Source: Candidatus Babelota bacterium (lineage in GTDB: Bacteria > Babelota > Babeliae > Babelales > Vermiphilaceae). From it: DNA of 64,000 nucleotides. Positions within the stretch are counted from its first letter, which is position 1. Every line of letters starts with the position of its first letter. The translations under genes and the position numbers were made by a program. Location of the stretch: NCBI GenBank assembly GCA_049325595.1, contig JBMOLF010000010.1, positions 32,001 to 96,000 of the forward strand, in the 5' to 3' direction. This document shows positions 58,666 to 64,000 of this stretch, one piece after another. The notes below the pieces were generated by a model. The model searched no databases. It saw only the letters and a list, made by a program, of their open reading frames with translations, and had not been told where the DNA came from.

Positions 58666-60303
58666 TTAAAAACATACATCACATTTAAAAGTTGCCATGT
58701 AATCAGGGCCTATTCCTGAAGTTGTCCATGTTGAATCAAGATTTAATGAAAATACCCAAGAACGATTTAATTGTTTATGTTTCCAGAAAAATGAACCATA
58801 TAACTTACTTTGATACACCAAGGGTTTGGTAGCAACTTTTTTGTTAAGAGGAGTTTCTAATTGATCACAAATTTTTATATTGTGCAAGCGTTCTGCTAAT
58901 TTTACATAAGTATCAGTTCCTAATGCAAATCCACCCTTTTTACGCTCATAGGTGAAATTAGATGTTGATCTAAAAATAAACCCGGGATGAACGGTTGCAT
59001 AATATGCATAAGGATATAAACGCTCAGTAAGCTTACGAGTTAAAAAATCAAAATTGCTATTTGCTTGATTGGGATTGGTAAAATCTCTTGTGTCAAATTC
59101 ATTTTCGTCATTACAAGTGATAAAAAAACGTTGTTCTTGCTTTGGAAACAAATATTCGATTGACATAAAACTGTTCCAAGTAAAATGTTTAGTCCACCAC
59201 AAATTAACCCAATTGCGTAAAGGAGTAGCGCTTCTGCTATATACCGCAACACCAAGATGACCGCCATTTCCTATTGGTTCTTCCAAAATCATTGCACCCA
59301 GATTATCAAGTGCGCCGAGTATGAAATTGTAAATTTCAGTTTCCGTAAAATCACCAGCATTTAATGCTTGATTAATAAGATCAAGAAGATTTACCGTAGG
59401 ACGTATAACTGGTGGTTTAAAATTATTCCCTTTTAAACCTTTGGTCATACAAAAAGCACTGGGGATAGTAAAATAAGTACCAATACGTAATTCCCAATCT
59501 CGTTTTTCAATCCATGGCATGTCAATCATAATTCGAGAATCGCCTAACCCAAATTTGTCGCTAATTAAATGAAGATCTTGAAATTGTTCAACCGCATCAT
59601 TGCATACCGATTCAGGTGAAGGGGCTTGGCCACTTATTCGTTTTTGTGCATCAGCAATAGTTTCTTCAATAATATCTTGTTGTGCTTGATCTACAAAATG
59701 ATTGCGTTCTAAATAATACCAGGGAACCATAACCGTAATTTGATACTTATCAACATGTTTAGTCCCATAAAACATTAAACCAAAACGGCGTTCTTCTACC
59801 GTAAAATTTTCAAAAAGAAGCGGAAGTGTACTAAAAAATTCTGGATCAAAATTAGGTAATAGGTCTTTTAATTGAGTAAAAATATTTTCAAGTGCAGAAA
59901 TAAAACCTTCGCCTGTTATATTTAAATAGGAAGAAATATTAGAACTATCTTTATTAAAGAATTTGCGTGCTGTAACATTATAAAAAAGGTCGATACCCAA
60001 GCATCTTTTAGGTTTTTTAAATCGCAAGAACAAGGGGTAATCAAGAAGACTACGAGTATTTAATTTGTTAGTCCTCAGAAAGATAGGTTGTTTAAGAAGA
60101 TTAATTGCCCCAATGTCAAGTAAAAGGGTAATAATATCTTGTTTGTCGGTTTGTCGGGTTATATTTAAGTTAGTTTCTTGATTGAGTAATGCATTTATTT
60201 CAGGGTCATCAAAATCAAAAGGAGCGCTTGTGCTTGTTAGCATGCACGAGTGCGTAGCAACTAGAGCGGTAAAACAAGCAAAAATGAGACAATATAATTT
60301 CAT
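58666..60303 (-). CDS. Hypothetical exported protein, possible outer-membrane beta-barrel
   Basis: Signal peptide; aromatic alternating strands; C-terminal Phe. Confidence 0.6.
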   Translation of the reverse strand: MKLYCLIFACFTALVATHSCMLTSTSAPFDFDDPEINALLNQETNLNITRQTDKQDIITLLLDIGAINLLKQPIFLRTNKLNTRSLLDYPLFLRFKKPKRCLGIDLFYNVTARKFFNKDSSNISSYLNITGEGFISALENIFTQLKDLLPNFDPEFFSTLPLLFENFTVEERRFGLMFYGTKHVDKYQITVMVPWYYLERNHFVDQAQQDIIEETIADAQKRISGQAPSPESVCNDAVEQFQDLHLISDKFGLGDSRIMIDMPWIEKRDWELRIGTYFTIPSAFCMTKGLKGNNFKPPVIRPTVNLLDLINQALNAGDFTETEIYNFILGALDNLGAMILEEPIGNGGHLGVAVYSRSATPLRNWVNLWWTKHFTWNSFMSIEYLFPKQEQRFFITCNDENEFDTRDFTNPNQANSNFDFLTRKLTERLYPYAYYATVHPGFIFRSTSNFTYERKKGGFALGTDTYVKLAERLHNIKICDQLETPLNKKVATKPLVYQSKLYGSFFWKHKQLNRSWVFSLNLDSTWTTSGIGPDYMATFKCDVCF

Positions 60304-60540
60304 AGATTACAACACCATACTGGTTATCAGCTTGCACGTTTTCAAATTTACATAGTGAAAATAGAATAATAAAAATAATATCGTTGAATTTTCATTTTAT
60401 CGTAATCGCATTGGTATGACAAATTGTCGCATAATTCATGAGCGGTAATTGATCTATCTGATATACTTTTTGCCAATTTCATATACATGCGGTTAAATTG
60501 GTTAAAAAACAACTTCTTTTTATGAAGGCATATTATTGCA

Positions 60541-61365
60541 TTAGGATTTCAAATAGCCATCAGCTAATTCAATAATAGTTTTATTAAATTTTTCACGTTC
60601 GTCATAAAAAAGACCGTGACCACTTTTTTCAAAGGGAATAAGAGTAGAATTTTTGATTCCTTTATGCATAATTTGTGCAAAATCAAAAGGACAAATTTTG
60701 TCGTGAGTTCCATGCAAGATAGCTGTTGGAATGGTAATTTTTGCCATTTCATTTCGCAAGTCGGTGTCACGTAGTGCTATCATACACATAGCTGTTGCAT
60801 AGGGTGAAGCGTCCATAGCAATTGAGTGGAACCATTGGGAAAGTGCGGACGAAAGAGCATTTGGTGTGACAAAAAAATCCCTACCGAAATTTTCCAATAA
60901 TTGAGCACGGTCTGAATAACAAAGATCAAGCATTTTATTGATAGCTTCTTTAGTAAATCCATAAGGATAATCAGGCCGCTGGGTCCAGATTGGTGCTGCT
61001 GCACCGCATAAAGTGAGCTGAGAAACGTGCTTGCTACCATGACGAGCAACATAATGCATACTAATAGCACCGCCCATTGAGTGCCCTATGAGCATAGCGT
61101 TTTTTATTTTTAATTCTTCAAGCACTTTATGAATGTCATCGGCAAAAATATCGTAATTGTAGTGTCCCCAGGGACGATCAGAGTTACCATAGCCGCGCAT
61201 GTCAATACCAATACAGCGAAACCCATGTTGTGTTAGTTGAGTAAATTGATACTCATAGCAGCGATGATCAAAAGGCCAACCAGGTATAAAGACAAGAGGT
61301 TTTCCCGAGCCCCAGTCTTGAGCGAAAATCTTAATATTTTCTGCAACCGTAATATAATGACTCAT
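60541..61365 (-). CDS. Alpha/beta hydrolase, non-heme haloperoxidase/arylesterase-like
   Basis: QDWGSG, DMRGYGNS, GHSMGG, HGTHDKICP, SGHGL. Confidence 0.93.
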   Translation of the reverse strand: MSHYITVAENIKIFAQDWGSGKPLVFIPGWPFDHRCYEYQFTQLTQHGFRCIGIDMRGYGNSDRPWGHYNYDIFADDIHKVLEELKIKNAMLIGHSMGGAISMHYVARHGSKHVSQLTLCGAAAPIWTQRPDYPYGFTKEAINKMLDLCYSDRAQLLENFGRDFFVTPNALSSALSQWFHSIAMDASPYATAMCMIALRDTDLRNEMAKITIPTAILHGTHDKICPFDFAQIMHKGIKNSTLIPFEKSGHGLFYDEREKFNKTIIELADGYLKS

Positions 61366-61665
61366 TACTACTCCCTAAAAAGGATCTATTTTCCAATTTT
61401 TATCTTGTAGTAGTAATGGCATATCCAAAAGTTATTTGTCAAATATTGAACAGGTAAAGCAGAGAATTAAAAAGTTCATTATATGAGAATTGTTGAGATT
61501 TTTTTTAAAAAATACTATAAACATGCTAATTCTGTGCTTTTTTTAGATAAATAGTGCTTGAAAAAAATAAAAAAACTGCGTTACAATTAAAAATAACTAT
61601 TAAAAGAAGAAAAAGTACGAAGCGCTTGAAATCAACTATCCTTAAAAATCTTAGAAAGGCAAGTC

Positions 61666-61923
61666 ATGGTAGATGGTATCTTTTATGCCAAAGCTGCTGC
61701 ATGTATAGGTGCTTCTATTTGTATGGGCATCGGCGTAGTAGGACCTGCATTAGGTCAAGGATTTATTGGTATGAAAGCGTGTGAAAATATAGGTAAATAT
61801 CCAGAAAGTGCGGGTAAAATACGTACCGCAATGTTTTTGAGTATGGGTATTGTTGAGACAGGATTGTTGTGGGCAGGGCTTGTATCGGGCGGGTTGCTTT
61901 ATCTTGCGTATAGTTTTGCATAA
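61666..61923 (+). CDS. atpE: F0F1 ATP synthase subunit c
   Basis: GVVGPALGQG, KYPE loop, conserved Glu in IVETG. Confidence 0.93.
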   Translation: MVDGIFYAKAAACIGASICMGIGVVGPALGQGFIGMKACENIGKYPESAGKIRTAMFLSMGIVETGLLWAGLVSGGLLYLAYSFA

Positions 61924-61941
61924 TACTTTAATGAGTAAACG

Positions 61942-62316
61942 ATGTCTCTTGTTAATTTGACGCTTGGTGTGCAAGCTATTAATTTTTTTTTGGCCTATCT
62001 TATTTTAAAATATTTTCTTTTAAAGCCTGCAATAATGGCCATTCAATCTGAAGATACTCTTCAACAGCACTTGATTGCTAAAGTTCACCAAAGCCATAAA
62101 CGCATTAGTGATAAGCAACGAGAAATACAAGAAAAATGGCAAGAGTGTCAGAAAGAATTTGCCGACAATGCTCCTTTATTAGAAGTCAATCAGTTTGTAA
62201 CCCGGTCAACTACCAAAGCGTTATCATTAGCACCTATAAATGAGCAAGAAGTAATGCACAAAGCTCAAGAAATAGAGCATGAATTGATCAAGAAAGTAGC
62301 GCATGTACGACATTAA
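61942..62316 (+). CDS. ATP synthase subunit b'-like
   Basis: QAINFFLAYLILKYFLLKP TM plus coiled coil; operon position. Confidence 0.8.
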   Translation: MSLVNLTLGVQAINFFLAYLILKYFLLKPAIMAIQSEDTLQQHLIAKVHQSHKRISDKQREIQEKWQECQKEFADNAPLLEVNQFVTRSTTKALSLAPINEQEVMHKAQEIEHELIKKVAHVRH

Positions 62317-62809
62317 TTCTCTTATAGCAATACTGTTTAGGATTATTAACTTTTGTTTTTTTGTCGGTATTGCTATTTATTTTTTTAAGAAAAAGGTTCT
62401 TACTGCTACTAAACAAAAAATAAATGAAAATGAGGTATACCAAAAAAGCTTACAAGAGCAAGAGCGTATGCTAGAAAATCAATATTTTCGTTTAGATGAT
62501 CAGTTACGTGCACAAAATGAAAAATGTCATCGTTTATTGTCAAAAGTTACGCTTTGGAAAGTAGCAAGTGATGCTTTGCACGCAAAAAAAAATCAAGAGT
62601 GCCATCGTAATAAAGAGCGTATGGCTGTTCGCAATGATCTTATTCAAACTCTGATTAATAACCAACGATTTGAAAAAGAAGCATTGCAAAAAGCGCTTAG
62701 TAAAACAAAGCAAGATTTGCAAAAAAAATTTTCTGATGAGTCGGTTAGTAGATCATTTATACACGATATTATTATGAATCTTGATAGGAAAACCGATGAC
62801 CGAACGTAA
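62303..62809 (+). CDS. atpF: ATP synthase subunit b
   Basis: FRIINF TM plus coiled coil; operon position. Confidence 0.78.
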   Translation: MYDINSLIAILFRIINFCFFVGIAIYFFKKKVLTATKQKINENEVYQKSLQEQERMLENQYFRLDDQLRAQNEKCHRLLSKVTLWKVASDALHAKKNQECHRNKERMAVRNDLIQTLINNQRFEKEALQKALSKTKQDLQKKFSDESVSRSFIHDIIMNLDRKTDDRT

Positions 62810-63344
62810 TAATCGGGTTATAGCGCGTCGGTATGCGCAAGCATATTATAATATATTTGGTTCGAGTATTACTTTTGTAGCATTTCAAGCAATTCAATCA
62901 GCTGAACAATTTTTGCATGAACACAAGGAATTTATTTCATGGCTTAAAGTTCCTGCAATGCCAGATGAGGTAAAGCATAAGGTTTTAGTTCAATTATTGT
63001 TAAAAAAATATGCCGGACCTTCTTCACTTGAACAGCTTATTAGGGTGCTCATTCAAGATAATCGTTCTTATTTAATAGGTTTAACGCTTCAAGAAATTGC
63101 AGATATTTACCAAGAGCGAAGTGGATTGCATTTGTTTACCGTTTCCAGCTCACATGCATTATCGCAAGAAGATGTTGCTGTTTTAGAAAATTTTTTAAAG
63201 CAAAAAAAAACGGGAGCAGTATTGTATCGGCAGGTAGTCGATAAAGATCTTATTGCAGGTATATGCATGCAAAGTAACTTAGAATTATGGGAATACTCGG
63301 TACGCAAGGATTTACGTGCTATTGAGTTATCGCTTAAGAAATAG
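62796..63344 (+). CDS. atpH: ATP synthase subunit delta
   Basis: IARRYAQA, VDKDLIAG, SVRKDL; start placed at ATG 62796. Confidence 0.9.
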   Translation: MTERNNRVIARRYAQAYYNIFGSSITFVAFQAIQSAEQFLHEHKEFISWLKVPAMPDEVKHKVLVQLLLKKYAGPSSLEQLIRVLIQDNRSYLIGLTLQEIADIYQERSGLHLFTVSSSHALSQEDVAVLENFLKQKKTGAVLYRQVVDKDLIAGICMQSNLELWEYSVRKDLRAIELSLKK

Positions 63345-63357
63345 CAAAGGATAGAGC

Positions 63358-64000
63358 ATGGAAATAAAAAGTACCGATTTAGTATCGCTTTTTGAAAAAG
63401 CACTCAAAGGGTTACCCGAAGAACAATTTGATCAAATTGGTATTGTAGTAAAAGTTGGCGATAATATTTGTTCAGTTCATGGATTGACTGATGCAGTATA
63501 TGGCGAGTTAATAACATTTGATGGCGGTAATAGAGGTATTATTTTTAATCTCGATGAAGATGCCGTAGCTATATTTTTACTTGATAGTAATATTCCCGTT
63601 GCCGAACTTGAAGTAGCTCGTAGAACCGGACATGTATTTAAAGTTCCAGTAAGTTCTGCAATGCTTGGTCGTGTCATTGATGTATTGGGAAATCCTATTG
63701 ATGGGCTTGGAGCTATTGAACCAAGTGAATGGCGCTCAATAGAAACAACGATTCCACAAATTATTGAACGTAGTCCCGTTAACGAATCATTGGAAACAGG
63801 AATTCTTGCTATTGATGCTTTGGTGCCAATTGGTAAAGGTCAACGTGAATTATTGATTGGTAATCGCAATACTGGTAAAACAACAGCAGTTCTTGATACC
63901 ATTATTCACCAAAAGGGTAAAAATGTTCTGTGTATTTATGTATCAATTGGTCAACGACAAGCAAACTTAGCCAATATAGTACAAATATTGGAACAAAATA
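63358..64000 (+). CDS. atpA: ATP synthase subunit alpha, 3'-truncated by the window edge (absent from the ORF track)
   Basis: Translated by eye: MEIKSTDLVS, VHGL, LGRVIDVLGNPIDG, TGILAIDALVPIGKGQRELLIGNRNTGKT. Confidence 0.95.
   Translation, partial: MEIKSTDLVSLFEKALKGLPEEQFDQIGIVVKVGDNICSVHGLTDAVYGELITFDGGNRGIIFNLDEDAVAIFLLDSNIPVAELEVARRTGHVFKVPVSSAMLGRVIDVLGNPIDGLGAIEPSEWRSIETTIPQIIERSPVNESLETGILAIDALVPIGKGQRELLIGNRNTGKTTAVLDTIIHQKGKNVLCIYVSIGQRQANLANIVQILEQN

Noticed and set aside
60304..60540. Long intergenic region as possible riboswitch or leader peptide (15-codon minus-strand ORF at 60395)
   Set aside because: No convincing stems, RBS or known motif.
2064..63677. Many 60-116 aa ORFs antisense to or nested in confident genes (e.g. 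3493..3843, 16254..16469, 30737..31069, 63107..63403)
   Set aside because: Shadow frames with no recognisable motif or supporting context.
63859..63882. AtpA Walker A variant GNRNTGKT versus GDRQTGKT
   Set aside because: GxxxxGKT is intact at a non-catalytic site; ordinary divergence.
1..64000. CRISPR arrays, tRNA/rRNA, transposases, prophage genes
   Set aside because: No spaced repeats, cloverleafs or mobile-element motifs seen by eye; a tRNAscan/Infernal run is needed to fully exclude RNAs.

Overview
AT-rich bacterial chromosome segment. Its gene content (signal-peptide ankyrin/LRR/Skp1-like proteins, Chlamydia-type RNR, many orphan exported proteins) suggests an obligate intracellular parasite of protists, most plausibly Candidatus Dependentiae/Babelota (TM6); this is inferred, not searched. 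Housekeeping genes: nrdA (partial), nrdB, tal, ndk, rpsA, leuS, uvrB, recD2, an MscS/MscK-type channel, and atpE-F'-F-H-A (atpA partial). No rRNA, tRNA, CRISPR array or mobile element was recognised. Main observations: (1) normally cytoplasmic nucleotide-sugar enzymes (Ugd, Gmm-like Nudix, two Gmd, Fcl) and two GT2s all carry Sec-like signal peptides; (2) about nine exported proteins have a Met immediately after the predicted cleavage site, mostly Met-Glu/Asp/Gln; (3) eukaryote-like candidate effectors: Skp1-LRR, LRR with C-terminal F-box, ankyrin with BC-box, DOT1-like methyltransferase, C2H2 zinc finger, and a PLD with CDK sites/NLS/RxL; (4) a ~95-nt candidate sRNA with its own promoter and terminator; (5) a tyrosyl-radical-free class Ic NrdB; (6) an orphan HEPN gene. 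All assignments come from reading motifs by eye; no database search was run.
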